The translations under genes were made by a program, and so were the position numbers. DNA of 53,178 nucleotides, from contig CAIUGE010000111.1 of NCBI GenBank assembly GCA_903898645.1, positions 1 to 53,178 on the forward strand. The letters run 5' to 3'. Under the pieces are notes generated by a model. The model worked only from the letters and a program-made list of their open reading frames with translations. It was not told the DNA's origin and ran no database searches. This document shows, one piece after another, positions 8,357 through 18,183 of the stretch. Origin of the DNA: Oligoflexia bacterium. Its GTDB lineage: Bacteria > Bdellovibrionota > UBA1018. Each line of letters opens with the position of its first letter. The first letter of the stretch is position 1.

Positions 8357-9054
8357 GGCGTCGCCCTTCCCAAAAGATAATAGAGAATACCGCCTAGCGT
8401 ATAGCCAACAAAAAGGAGGCAAAGCGCCACATCAGGCATGATCGTACAAAGACTTATAGATGCCAGTCCCACAAGGAAAAGCCCTGCTGATGCGCGCGAT
8501 CTCCAATGGAGCTTCTTGAATGACGGAAAAGGAATTGAGCTCACCATGAGACCTGCTGTAATGACAAACCATGACGCATAAATACCAGATAAAAGTCTAT
8601 CAGGATGCTCAATACCAAACTGCCTCACACTGACCAAAAGAGGCATCATAACAACGGCTGCTGCAATAGGGATAGGCAATCCTTGAAACGACGGCTGGGC
8701 ATTTGCAGCACCCACATTGAACCGGGCAAGACGCAAAGCACCGCAGGCCAAGAAAAGAAAGGCTACTGCACTACCAAGCTTCCCAAATTGCTCAAAGGCC
8801 CACACAAAAGCAATACAAGCAGGCGCAACCCCAAAGGATAAAAGATCCGACAAACTATCATACTCAATACCAAAATGGCTTGTCGCCTTTGCTAAGCGCG
8901 CAATACGGCCATCCAACATATCACAGACACCCGCTGCAATGATATACCAGCACGCCTGCTCAAAAGCATGGTGAAAAGCCGCCAAAAGAGCCAAAAATCC
9001 ACACAGCAGATTAATGCTCGTAATGCAATTGGGGAGCAAATAGATCTTCTTCAT
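8353..9054 (-). CDS. pssA: CDP-diacylglycerol--serine O-phosphatidyltransferase
   Basis: LPNCIT, DMLDGRIAR...FGIEYDSLSDLLSFGVAPA, LRLARFN, FQGLPIP. Confidence 0.93.
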   Translation of the reverse strand: MKKIYLLPNCITSINLLCGFLALLAAFHHAFEQACWYIIAAGVCDMLDGRIARLAKATSHFGIEYDSLSDLLSFGVAPACIAFVWAFEQFGKLGSAVAFLFLACGALRLARFNVGAANAQPSFQGLPIPIAAAVVMMPLLVSVRQFGIEHPDRLLSGIYASWFVITAGLMVSSIPFPSFKKLHWRSRASAGLFLVGLASISLCTIMPDVALCLLFVGYTLGGILYYLLGRATP

Positions 9055-9058
9055 GAGA

Positions 9059-9961
9059 TTAGGAAAAAACCTGCATCAGCAGACAGATCCCAAAAACAAC
9101 CCAAATCACAGCTAGCATCTTGCGCCATGAGAACTTTTCCACTTTCATAAAAATCGCAAGTGGGACACTGATGACAGGCGCAAGAGAACTCAGCGCTGCT
9201 GCAAGCGGTATAGGCGAATGCGCGAAGCCATAGATAGATGCAAATGACCCACCATAGGCTTCAAGACAAAAAATAGGCCAAAACCGTTTTATGTCAACTC
9301 GTGACAAAAAGAGCGCACCTTTTTCAACACCAGTCGCAAAAAGCACCTGGTGAAGACCAACACTGATGACAAGCGCGAGAGACATACGGAAAACATTACT
9401 CGCAGCCAAAGACAAGCCTGTAGCACCATGGCGCATGGCATAGGCATTCAATGCCCAAAGCATGGATGAACCGAGAGCCATAAAATACCCTGTCCACTGA
9501 ATACCCTTACGCTCATCATTTTGAGTATAGGATAAGAGGATCACGGCAATCACACCAGACACAATAACAAAGAGCCCGAGCAGCTGATCGTAAGCAAGGG
9601 ACTCATGCAGAAAGATAGAGCCGCCAAGCGCCGTCCACACAGGAAAACATGATGCAATACAAAGCGCAGCTGGAACACCAATACGTCTGGTACTTAGCAA
9701 GAAAATAGGATCCCCCACTGCATAGGTTGCAATGATGGAGATGATACACCAAACAAACGTGCGTGTTTCGACATGAAACAGCATATGAAAAAATTCAGTT
9801 CCTTGCATCAAGCAGCCCGTTATCAGAAAAAGAACAAGACCAAAGCCTGCTCGTCCCATATTAACTGCATATGGGGATGCTCGTTGCGCAAGCTGCCCGT
9901 AAGTACTTGAACCTATTGCCCAAGAAGTCGCTGCTAAAAATGAACATATTGGACCTAACAT
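9059..9961 (-). CDS. DMT/EamA family transporter
   Basis: About 10 TM helices in two repeats; FLHESL and FMKVEKF repeat ends. Confidence 0.8.
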   Translation of the reverse strand: MLGPICSFLAATSWAIGSSTYGQLAQRASPYAVNMGRAGFGLVLFLITGCLMQGTEFFHMLFHVETRTFVWCIISIIATYAVGDPIFLLSTRRIGVPAALCIASCFPVWTALGGSIFLHESLAYDQLLGLFVIVSGVIAVILLSYTQNDERKGIQWTGYFMALGSSMLWALNAYAMRHGATGLSLAASNVFRMSLALVISVGLHQVLFATGVEKGALFLSRVDIKRFWPIFCLEAYGGSFASIYGFAHSPIPLAAALSSLAPVISVPLAIFMKVEKFSWRKMLAVIWVVFGICLLMQVFS

Positions 9962-10527
9962 ACTATGCCTCGCTTGATTTCAGCATGTGATGCACGCAAG
10001 TAACGAGGCCGAATAGCCTCTTTTTTCCCGTGCATAAACTGCTCGTAACATACCTGACCTAAAACGTCACCGCTCATCTTGAAGGCCGTTGCACCATCTT
10101 GTGAGGTACTCAGACATTCATCATAGTACTCACCATCCCAGCTGCCCACAAAGAACTCGCCTCGACACGCGGGCACTGCAACGCGCGCAACTTGATGCGG
10201 CAAACAGGCAGGCCTTAGCAGTACTTCAAGACTTGAAACACCAACAAGAGGCATGCCACCAAAACGCGCAAATATCTTAGCTGTTGTAACACCAATCCTG
10301 ATCCCTGTAAAACTTCCAGGGCCTAATCCAACACCTAAAAGGTCAAGCTCCTGAAGAGTCATGCCACGACGGGTCAAAAGTGTATCAATTGCCCACAAAA
10401 GCCCTTCAGCACGTGATGCAAGCACACTGAGAGTCATACTCTCAAGACATTGAAATGTTTTACCCTGCGAAACGCCAAGCGCAACAACCCCATCAGTTGA
10501 TGAGGTATCCCAAACTAAAATGTTCAT
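9955..10527 (-). CDS. tsaB: tRNA threonylcarbamoyladenosine biosynthesis protein TsaB
   Basis: ILVWDTSS, GLGPGSFTGIRIG, VGVSSLE, C-terminal PRYLR. Confidence 0.92.
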   Translation of the reverse strand: MNILVWDTSSTDGVVALGVSQGKTFQCLESMTLSVLASRAEGLLWAIDTLLTRRGMTLQELDLLGVGLGPGSFTGIRIGVTTAKIFARFGGMPLVGVSSLEVLLRPACLPHQVARVAVPACRGEFFVGSWDGEYYDECLSTSQDGATAFKMSGDVLGQVCYEQFMHGKKEAIRPRYLRASHAEIKRGIVC

Positions 10528-11987
10528 GAAAAGAAAAGTCGCATAATGTCATTACGAAAGGCAATAGCCATAAGGCCCAGCACAAACATAAGTCCAAAAA
10601 TTTGCGCGACCTGAAGCTGCTTTTCATTCAAAGGCTTACGCCGCAGCACTTCAATGCCTAAAAGGAGCAAATGTCCACCGTCTAAAACTGGGACTGGTAA
10701 AAGGTTGATCACACCAAGCCCGATAGAAAAAAGAGCCATATTGTGTAAAAAAGTCATCCAGCCTCTATGCAGAGACTCTCCGGCAATTTTCCCAATCATG
10801 AGAGGACCCCCAATAGAACCAAGAGGCACTCGTCCTGTCAGCATACGAGGAAACATCAAGGCATTCTTCACTGTCAGCGCCCATGTGCGATGCCAAGTTG
10901 CAGCGCAAAGAGTAATAGGATTGCGAATGATACGAGATACCATCTCTGGATCGTCGTACGCCTGCATAGGGATGATACCAATAGCGTACTGCACCTTCTT
11001 GTCAGGCTTGATATCAAATTGGAGCACTTTACCCTGACGCAAAACAGTCACACGAACTGTACCACGCGTTTTTCCTTCATGCTGCACCTGCTCACGCACT
11101 GCTTCAAAAGTCTGCACATGCTGATCACCAACTTTCACTATCTGATCGCCATGCTTAAGACCCGCTTTGGCAGCCGGCATATCAGCAGGCACTTCATCAA
11201 TGAAAAGCTCACAGGAAAAGATGCCTGCTTTTTCAAGACTCTCCTGGACATCAATGACTTTTGAACCAATAGTCAACCGAAATGGTGGCTTCAGGGCAGC
11301 TAACTCTTCCCAGTTAGAGGCAGGTACTCCTGTAATACGCTCACCCATGCTCCCCGCACATAAACTTCGAGCAAAAGGCGAGATACCATCAAGAGTCGCA
11401 GTATCTTCTTCAATACGCGGCGCAATGGCGATGACATGCAACATAACACCTCGTTGCACTTTCACTAGTACCTGTCGCCGTGCATCATGGACTTTTTCCA
11501 GCACATCATCAAAGGTTGCAACAGGCTGATCATCAACTGCCAGAATGCGGTCATGGATCTGAAAACCTGCAAGAGCTGCATCAGAACCGGGTAAAACACG
11601 CGCAATCACTGGCGCCACATGCGGCTCCCCAACGGCCAAGATGAAGGCGATCACACAAAAGGCTAAAATATAGTTAAAAAGTGGGCCCCCAAAAAAAATA
11701 AAGAAACGCTTCCATGGAGCTTGACCATGTAAGGAGCGGGCCAAATCCTGCTCCTCAAGTGGGACACTAGGGTCTTCGCCCAGAAGCTTCACAAAACCCC
11801 CAAGAGGTATCAAAGAAAGCCGAAACTCAGTTTCGCCAAGCATCTTTCGAAAAAGTACTGGCCCAAAACCAATAGAAAAAACCTCAGCTTTGACCCCAAA
11901 AAGCACAGCAAAGATATAGTGGCCAAACTCATGGAAAACAACGAGCGGCACCAAGATTGCAACAAAAGCTCCAAGCGAATACAGCAT
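10524..11987 (-). CDS. rseP: RIP metalloprotease RseP (PDZ domains)
   Basis: HEFGH, FSIGFG, IPLGGFVK, GGPLFN, two PDZ-like segments, NLLPVPVLDGGH. Confidence 0.95.
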   Translation of the reverse strand: MLYSLGAFVAILVPLVVFHEFGHYIFAVLFGVKAEVFSIGFGPVLFRKMLGETEFRLSLIPLGGFVKLLGEDPSVPLEEQDLARSLHGQAPWKRFFIFFGGPLFNYILAFCVIAFILAVGEPHVAPVIARVLPGSDAALAGFQIHDRILAVDDQPVATFDDVLEKVHDARRQVLVKVQRGVMLHVIAIAPRIEEDTATLDGISPFARSLCAGSMGERITGVPASNWEELAALKPPFRLTIGSKVIDVQESLEKAGIFSCELFIDEVPADMPAAKAGLKHGDQIVKVGDQHVQTFEAVREQVQHEGKTRGTVRVTVLRQGKVLQFDIKPDKKVQYAIGIIPMQAYDDPEMVSRIIRNPITLCAATWHRTWALTVKNALMFPRMLTGRVPLGSIGGPLMIGKIAGESLHRGWMTFLHNMALFSIGLGVINLLPVPVLDGGHLLLLGIEVLRRKPLNEKQLQVAQIFGLMFVLGLMAIAFRNDIMRLFFS

Positions 11988-11988
11988 A

Positions 11989-12753
11989 TTAAAATCCCCG
12001 TATACAAGCATACAGCACTGGCGCTGCAAAAATAACGCTATCACATCGATCACAAAAACCACCATGCCCAGGCAGGAAAGAGCCAAAATCTTTCACCCCT
12101 AAACCACGCTTCAGGAAGCTCTCGACCAAGTCCCCTAACTGCCCTGCCATCCCAAGCATCAGACCAAAAAACGGGTGCCCACAGACAAGACCCACAGCCA
12201 CTGAACTCAGGAGCCCGACACCTACCCCCTCCCAAGTCTTTTTTGGACTAATGGTACAAACAAGGCGCTTACCCAAAAAAGAGCCCCCAAAATAAGCACC
12301 AATATCCCCAGCAAAGACAACCGCCAGGAGATACACGAGCCACCAGACTCCGACTAGATAGATCTTGTATAAAACGAGAGGCAAAAAAACCGTATAGAGG
12401 AGTCCAAAAACGCCCAGCATTGCTTCATGCAGTGGCTCCTCAAAAGCCTCATACTGTGCGGACTGCAACATAACAAAGACCACCCAACCCAAACTTGCTG
12501 CCACAAATAAAGTCCACTCATGGAAAATCCCAAGAAGCGATATGACAAGGAGCAGCACACCCAGCCCAACAAAGAAGCGTTGCTTGAGCATAAAACCCTG
12601 AGTACGGAAAACAACACTCCCAAACTCATTCAGCATAAAATAAACAACCACAGACACTGCGAGCTGTGTCCCCAGGGAAGTCAAAAGCAATACTCCTACA
12701 AGCATGCTGCCCAGGACTCCAGTTAGCACTCTTTTTTTTAATTCAGCACGCAT
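11989..12753 (-). CDS. cdsA: Phosphatidate cytidylyltransferase
   Basis: DIGAYFGG, ISPKKTWEG, GDLVESFLKR..GVKDFGSFLPGHGGFCDRCDS. Confidence 0.93.
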   Translation of the reverse strand: MRAELKKRVLTGVLGSMLVGVLLLTSLGTQLAVSVVVYFMLNEFGSVVFRTQGFMLKQRFFVGLGVLLLVISLLGIFHEWTLFVAASLGWVVFVMLQSAQYEAFEEPLHEAMLGVFGLLYTVFLPLVLYKIYLVGVWWLVYLLAVVFAGDIGAYFGGSFLGKRLVCTISPKKTWEGVGVGLLSSVAVGLVCGHPFFGLMLGMAGQLGDLVESFLKRGLGVKDFGSFLPGHGGFCDRCDSVIFAAPVLYACIRGF

Positions 12754-13438
12754 CCAGTCCTCCAAAACGGCGCTCTCGCCCCTGAAATTCATCAATTGCC
12801 TGCCGTAAATCCCGAGGACCAAAATCAGGCCAACAACACTCTGTAAAAATGCATTCTGCGTAGGCCGATTGCCACAGTAGAAAATTACTCAGTCTTTTTT
12901 CCCCACCCGTCCGAATCAAAAGATCAACCTCCCTTGCCCACAAGTACTGCTCCATCACAGCAACACTCATCGATGATGGTGTCACCTGACCTGCAATGCA
13001 TGCCTCGGCAAAAGATCGCGCGGCATGCATGAGCTCAAGCCGCGCCCCATAAGATACGGCAAAGGTCAACTCCATGCCAGTCATACCCGCAAGCGACTGC
13101 TCTGCACGCTGTATCACCTCACGGATATCATCATCTAAGCGATCGCGCTCTCCAATGATCCGCAATCTGATGTTCTGGCGCGCTAATTCACCAATTTCTC
13201 TTTGAAGGAATTTTTTAAGAAGTGACCATAAAACACGCCGCTCATGCTCAGGGCGGCGCCAATTCTCGGTTGAAAACGCATAAAGCGTGAGTGCCTCAAC
13301 GCCTAACATCTGCGCTTCACGCACAATCATCTTCACACGAGCCGTCCCACGAACATGCCCAAAGACGCGAGGGTGCCCACGCCTTTGGGCCCAACGGCCA
13401 TTGCCATCCATAACTATAGCAATATGCTTCGGGATCAA
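12743..13438 (-). CDS. uppS: Undecaprenyl/polyprenyl diphosphate synthase
   Basis: PKHIAIVMDGNGRWA, YAFSTENWRRP, IRTGGEKRLSNFLLWQ, RERRFG. Confidence 0.97.
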   Translation of the reverse strand: MIPKHIAIVMDGNGRWAQRRGHPRVFGHVRGTARVKMIVREAQMLGVEALTLYAFSTENWRRPEHERRVLWSLLKKFLQREIGELARQNIRLRIIGERDRLDDDIREVIQRAEQSLAGMTGMELTFAVSYGARLELMHAARSFAEACIAGQVTPSSMSVAVMEQYLWAREVDLLIRTGGEKRLSNFLLWQSAYAECIFTECCWPDFGPRDLRQAIDEFQGRERRFGGLDAC

Positions 13439-13448
13439 AGAGTATCCT

Positions 13449-14006
13449 TTAGATGGTTAAGATCTCTTTTTCCTTGATCGCAACAATCTTATCTACATCC
13501 GCAATTTTTTCGTCTGTTTTCTTTTGCACAAGATCCATCGCCTTTTTCACATCATCTTCTGTGAGTGTCTTGGCCTTCTCTTGTTTCTTCAGCTCGTCAT
13601 TAGCGTCACGCCGATGATTACGAATAGCGATTTTTGATTCTTCCCCGATTTTCTTGACGAGCTTCACAAGATCCTTGCGCCGCTCCTCTGTCATAGGAGG
13701 AACATTCAGTCGAATCACCTTGCCATCATTCTGAGGCGTAAGCCCGATATTCGCAGCCAAAAGAGCCTTCTCGAGCGCACCCAGCATACCAGACTCCCAG
13801 GGCGAAACCTGGATCGTTCTGGCATCTGGTGTTGTCACACTTGCAACCTGTGTCAAAGGCACATGCGATCCATAGTAATCGACCTGGACGGTATCGACTA
13901 AAGCCGCCGACGCACGCCCAGTACGCATTTTTGCAAACTCAGCTTTCAAAGACTGATTTGTCTTGTCCATGTGCTGGACCATTGTCTCCATGATACTATT
14001 TGACAC
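13449..14006 (-). CDS. frr: Ribosome recycling factor
   Basis: RTGRAS, VDYYG, PQNDG, PPMTEERRK, IRNHRRD, KEKEI. Confidence 0.97.
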   Translation of the reverse strand: MSNSIMETMVQHMDKTNQSLKAEFAKMRTGRASAALVDTVQVDYYGSHVPLTQVASVTTPDARTIQVSPWESGMLGALEKALLAANIGLTPQNDGKVIRLNVPPMTEERRKDLVKLVKKIGEESKIAIRNHRRDANDELKKQEKAKTLTEDDVKKAMDLVQKKTDEKIADVDKIVAIKEKEILTI

Positions 14007-14017
14007 GGTATGCCTCC

Positions 14018-14617
14018 TTAACTTACAGTCCCAAGCACGAAACGTGAAAATCGGCGTATAGCAATATTTTCACCCAGTGCAAGTACGAGCTCCTGACGCA
14101 ACTTCTCAACAGTCTTAGAACTATCCTTCACAAATGCCTGATCAAGTAGGCACTGGTCTTCACAGAACTTCCTGATCTTACCTTCAACAATCTTCTCCAT
14201 AGCAGCCGCTGGCTTACCTGCAGCCTGTGCATAGGCAATTTCTTTTTCCTTCATAAGAAGATCTTCAGGCACATCCGTGGACGCCACCCATTGAGGAGAC
14301 GCAGCTGCAATATGCATAGCAATATCGCGTACAAAGGACTTAAACTGTTCAGTGCGTGCGACAAAATCTGTCTCACAATTCACTTCGACCAGCACCCCGA
14401 CACGACCCTCGCCATGAATATAGGACGACACCAAGCCCTCTTTCGCGGCACGGGAGGATTTTTTACTTGCAGAGGCGATCCCTTTTTTACGAAGAATCTC
14501 AATTGCCTCAGCAATACTCCCCTTGCTTTCAACAAGCGCGTTCTTGCAATCCATCATTCCAACACCGGTCTGCTCACGCAATGTTCTTACGTCAGCTGCC
14601 GAAATCTCATGACTCAC
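14018..14617 (-). CDS. tsf: Elongation factor Ts (short form)
   Basis: LREQTGVGMMDCK, EVNCETDFVA, GENIAIRRFSRF; 199 aa. Confidence 0.97.
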   Translation of the reverse strand: MSHEISAADVRTLREQTGVGMMDCKNALVESKGSIAEAIEILRKKGIASASKKSSRAAKEGLVSSYIHGEGRVGVLVEVNCETDFVARTEQFKSFVRDIAMHIAAASPQWVASTDVPEDLLMKEKEIAYAQAAGKPAAAMEKIVEGKIRKFCEDQCLLDQAFVKDSSKTVEKLRQELVLALGENIAIRRFSRFVLGTVS

Positions 14618-15464
14618 TTTTTACCTCTTTCGTTGCCTCGTCGCCTTCTGCTTCTTGCGCATCAATATCTGCCTCATCCACGCCCTGAAGGTCAATATCG
14701 CCTTCAAAACGCGAAACTTTTGCCTTCACTTCGGACTCTTCCTTGATCTCAGCATCCTGCGCACGGAGCTTCTCCTGAAAAATCCTTGCCCCCTCAAGAC
14801 AGCTATCAGCAATCAACTTTGCAAAAAGACGAATACTACGAATTGCATCATCATTCCCAGGAATGACGTAGGTAACGCCTGTCGGATCACAGTTCGTATC
14901 CACAACAGCCATACTTGGAATACCAAGCTTGACTGCTTCTTTGACTGCAATATGCTCTTTTTCTGTGTCTACAACAAAAATAGCACCAGGCAACTTCTTC
15001 ATGTCCTGAATGCCACCTAATGACCGTTGCAAATTATTCAGCTCACGCTCAAGACGAGACTGGGTCTTTTTTGGAGTTTCCTGCCATTCTTGAGAAAGCT
15101 TTAAACTTTCAAGTTTCTTCAGTCTATCAATCGATGCCTTAACTGTCTGGTAATTGGTCAGCATCCCACCTAACCAGCGGTTGCTCACAAAATACATACC
15201 AGCACGCTTTGCTTCTTCTTCAATCACTTCTTTTGCTTGCTTCTTGGTGCCAACAAAAAGAATCTTCTTGCCTTCTGAGACCACTTTGGTCGCAAATGCA
15301 CACGCAAGACGCGTCTGGTCCACTGTCTTTTGCAAATCAATGATATAAATCCCGTTACGAGCCCCAAAAACATAAGGCTTCATCTTAGGGTTCCATCGCT
15401 TTGTCTGGTGTCCAAAATGAACCCCTGACTCTAAAAGCTCACGCATTGTTATTGTTGGCATCAT
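14607..15464 (-). CDS. rpsB: 30S ribosomal protein S2
   Basis: GVHFGHQTKRWNPKM, RWLGGMLTN, DTNCDP, PGNDDAIRS; acidic C-terminal tail. Confidence 0.98.
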   Translation of the reverse strand: MMPTITMRELLESGVHFGHQTKRWNPKMKPYVFGARNGIYIIDLQKTVDQTRLACAFATKVVSEGKKILFVGTKKQAKEVIEEEAKRAGMYFVSNRWLGGMLTNYQTVKASIDRLKKLESLKLSQEWQETPKKTQSRLERELNNLQRSLGGIQDMKKLPGAIFVVDTEKEHIAVKEAVKLGIPSMAVVDTNCDPTGVTYVIPGNDDAIRSIRLFAKLIADSCLEGARIFQEKLRAQDAEIKEESEVKAKVSRFEGDIDLQGVDEADIDAQEAEGDEATKEVKSES

Positions 15465-15500
15465 TCTCTCCATCTGTAGGCGGAATTTTTCCGCGGTTCT

Positions 15501-15597
15501 GGGCATACATGCCCCCTCCACCCCTGCTGAGCATCTTGTATATGCTCGCACCATGCCGAAACAATGGCGACCGTGAGAATCACAGAGAGTGTGTGTA
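15501..15597 (-). ncRNA. rpsB leader (t44/S2 autoregulatory leader)-like RNA
   Basis: The - strand reads ACACACACTCTCTG...GGTGC...CAGGGGTGGAGG directly upstream of rpsB, matching the CACAC / GGUGC / GUGGAGG hallmarks, with 5'-3' pairing. Confidence 0.6.
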
Positions 15598-15635
15598 TTC
15601 AGGCACCGAACCTACCACAGATAGAGCTGTTCGAT

Positions 15636-16394
15636 CTACTTATAATTGACCGTCGAAGTGCCCCTAATCGACTCTAAAAACTGCCTTTCAGCATCTTGAC
15701 GCGCATCGACAAGAACGCGTGATTCGACAACCCCATACGACAAGGTGTCACCATAGCGCCGATCCTTAACCTTGATGATGTGGTACCCGTCCAGCATGAG
15801 AATAGGTCCGGCAACCTCATCAATCTTGCTTATCATCGCAAGATGCAGTATCGCTGGATCAAGCTGTGCACGGCTGATATAACCAAGATCTCCTCGTGCC
15901 GTCTTTGCAATCGGATCGATGGAGTAGATTTCAGCCAAATGCTGGAAATCATTTCCTGGCTCCTTTGCAAGAGCAAGTACTTTAGTCGCAAGATCTTTTT
16001 CCCAAACAACAATATGCTGCAGCCTGACAGAATCATCTGCATAGTCCTTTTTGTGGGTATCATAAAAAGCCTTAAGTGCTTTAGGTGTCAAACTCTGGGC
16101 GATCTTTGTTGCAACAAAGTTTGTCGAAAGAGTTCGTTTTCTCACATCCTCAAGTTTGACTGCAATCTTACGATCGAACCCTTCCTTCAATGCAGCTGTC
16201 ACCAAAAGCTCCCTATCAATGGCATAGCCAAGCATCTTACGCTTCAACTCAGGATGACCAAGCACCTTCCTCCGCATATCTTCCCGAATGCTCGACGAGG
16301 CCTCAAAAAGCTGCTCCTCGTTAATAGACACCCCATTTACATGAGCAAGATCAACAGCCAAAGCCTGAAAACAAAAAATAATTGTTGTGAACAT
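15636..16394 (-). CDS. Periplasmic parvulin (PpiC-type) peptidyl-prolyl isomerase
   Basis: LAHVNGVSI, VRLQHIVV, FQHLAEIYSID..ARGDLGY, GYHIIKV; short signal peptide. Confidence 0.88.
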   Translation of the reverse strand: MFTTIIFCFQALAVDLAHVNGVSINEEQLFEASSSIREDMRRKVLGHPELKRKMLGYAIDRELLVTAALKEGFDRKIAVKLEDVRKRTLSTNFVATKIAQSLTPKALKAFYDTHKKDYADDSVRLQHIVVWEKDLATKVLALAKEPGNDFQHLAEIYSIDPIAKTARGDLGYISRAQLDPAILHLAMISKIDEVAGPILMLDGYHIIKVKDRRYGDTLSYGVVESRVLVDARQDAERQFLESIRGTSTVNYK

Positions 16395-16432
16395 ACTTCT
16401 ATCCTCCCGAATAAATCGTACTACGAGACAAG

Positions 16433-17719
16433 CTAAAGTACTTTGGAAAAAATTGATGTATAATGTTTCTGCAAATCTTCAAGATTTGCAACATTCAGGT
16501 ACTGCGAAAAACTCATCCAAACTGCAAGTGCACCCATATCTTGAAACTGTGGCGGCAAAAAACGCGGCGGGTCAATTATCTTTTCTTGGCTCTTTGCATA
16601 GAGCAGCGGCACATCCTGAATATGCACCTTGCCTGCAAAAAGAAAGGGGATCACCCGAACATAGCCAAGCGCAATTACAGATCGAATAAAATTATAATTC
16701 TCAACAAAACCTCGGCAGTACGAAATATCTTTAGTAAATGGCGCGCCCCCTTCTAATACCCCTCCGCGAAAAATTCGTTGCACATTGCGCCATGACTCAT
16801 CCTCTGTATACCCCTCAGTACGGTAGAATTCTATAAGCTCAAGAAAGTTAGCCCCATCCTCCGCCTTATCAATGCCAAGCACACGGTCATTAATATGACG
16901 CGCACGCAAGGGATAGGAGCGAAATGTAAAGATCTCCATCATAACAGCCAAGCCCTCTTGGGTTGCTGACGAGCGTGGAGTACCCTTAGAAAGCCATGTT
17001 GCTACATGCTGCATCATGCCATTTTGGGTTGTTGCTGCATGCACCCATCCTTCGTGCACCTCCAAAAGATCAAGGTCCCGCTTCTTAAAAAAAGCACCCT
17101 CCTTAAGCTTGATAACATCTCCACCTGCTGCAGCATCAGCCACAATACCATCCGAAATGCGAGCAACGACAACAGAAGAGCCGAAAAATGCACTCAGGCG
17201 CTCATTCAGGTACACAACACCCTCAGCTGCCGAAAAAAGTGGCTCTGCATGATCTGGAATTTCAATATCTGCGTGACCTAAAATACCATAGAGTTTCTGA
17301 GCAAGACCCGCAATCGTTGTCTGCTCACCTGCAAGCTTTGTTTTAGGTGAACCATACAACTTTCGACTCCATTCCCAAAACTCCTTCGTACCGCGTGCCA
17401 TCAGCATAGACACAACATCCCGATACTCCTCGACCATCACAATCATAAGAGCCCCAAGATCGTCAACATCCCCAAACGCGGACTTCAAATCACGTGCAAT
17501 ATCTTCTAACTCAGCTATTTTTTTGAGAGGATCAAAGCCTAAATCAATACGCGCATAGTACTCAGGCCCAAGTTGCGGCATCACACGCATCTTGGTACGC
17601 TTAAACTCTTGTTCAACGGACGGATCCCACTTAATAGCATCTAGAATTCGAATAGGCCTCTGTGCCTCAACGATTCTTCCAGCATAATGATGAATTTTTT
17701 CTTTATATGTCGCCCACAC
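16433..17719 (-). CDS. DUF1704 / QEGLA-motif metallopeptidase (MATCAP-like)
   Basis: HEGWVH metal motif, TQEGLA, RIFRGG, FTKDISY. Confidence 0.88.
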   Translation of the reverse strand: MWATYKEKIHHYAGRIVEAQRPIRILDAIKWDPSVEQEFKRTKMRVMPQLGPEYYARIDLGFDPLKKIAELEDIARDLKSAFGDVDDLGALMIVMVEEYRDVVSMLMARGTKEFWEWSRKLYGSPKTKLAGEQTTIAGLAQKLYGILGHADIEIPDHAEPLFSAAEGVVYLNERLSAFFGSSVVVARISDGIVADAAAGGDVIKLKEGAFFKKRDLDLLEVHEGWVHAATTQNGMMQHVATWLSKGTPRSSATQEGLAVMMEIFTFRSYPLRARHINDRVLGIDKAEDGANFLELIEFYRTEGYTEDESWRNVQRIFRGGVLEGGAPFTKDISYCRGFVENYNFIRSVIALGYVRVIPFLFAGKVHIQDVPLLYAKSQEKIIDPPRFLPPQFQDMGALAVWMSFSQYLNVANLEDLQKHYTSIFSKVL

Positions 17720-17730
17720 AACACACCCCC

Positions 17731-17766
17731 AAAAAAAAAGCCAGGAAAGATCTCTCTTTCCTGGCT
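17731..17766 (-). terminator. Rho-independent terminator after rpsI
   Basis: The - strand reads AGCCAGGAAAGA-GAGA-TCTTTCCTGGCT (12-bp stem, GNRA loop) followed by a poly-T tract. Confidence 0.88.
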
Positions 17767-17773
17767 CCTATTT

Positions 17774-18172
17774 TTATCGCTTTGAGTACTGAAATCTCTT
17801 ACGAGCTCCAGCAAGCCCGTACTTCTTACGCTCAACCTCACGGCTATCGCGTGTCAGATGCCCAGCTTTCTTCAAAATTGCTCGGTAACTTGGATCTACT
17901 TCCAGCAGAGCGCGCGCAATACCATGCTTCACAGCCCCTGCTTGTCCAGACAACCCGCCGCCGTGAACATTAATAGCAATATCATACTGACCAACAACTG
18001 ACGTCAGCTCTAAAGGCTGCATAATCAGCATCCGCGCTGTTGGACGAGGAAAATACTCCTCAAAAGCACGGCCATTCACTTCAATAATGCCCTGTTCACC
18101 AGCCCGTTGACGCACATAGACTCGTGCAATAGCGTTCTTTCTCTTTCCAACCCGATGGACCTGCTTTTCCAT
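17774..18172 (-). CDS. rpsI: 30S ribosomal protein S9
   Basis: GKRKNAIARV, GGGLSGQAGA, LTRDSREVERKKYG, QYSKR. Confidence 0.98.
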   Translation of the reverse strand: MEKQVHRVGKRKNAIARVYVRQRAGEQGIIEVNGRAFEEYFPRPTARMLIMQPLELTSVVGQYDIAINVHGGGLSGQAGAVKHGIARALLEVDPSYRAILKKAGHLTRDSREVERKKYGLAGARKRFQYSKR

Positions 18173-18183
18173 AATCCCTCTTT

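Noticed and set aside
14018-14617. Short EF-Ts as a truncation
   Set aside because: A roughly 200-aa form is an established natural variant in several phyla, and all key motifs are present.
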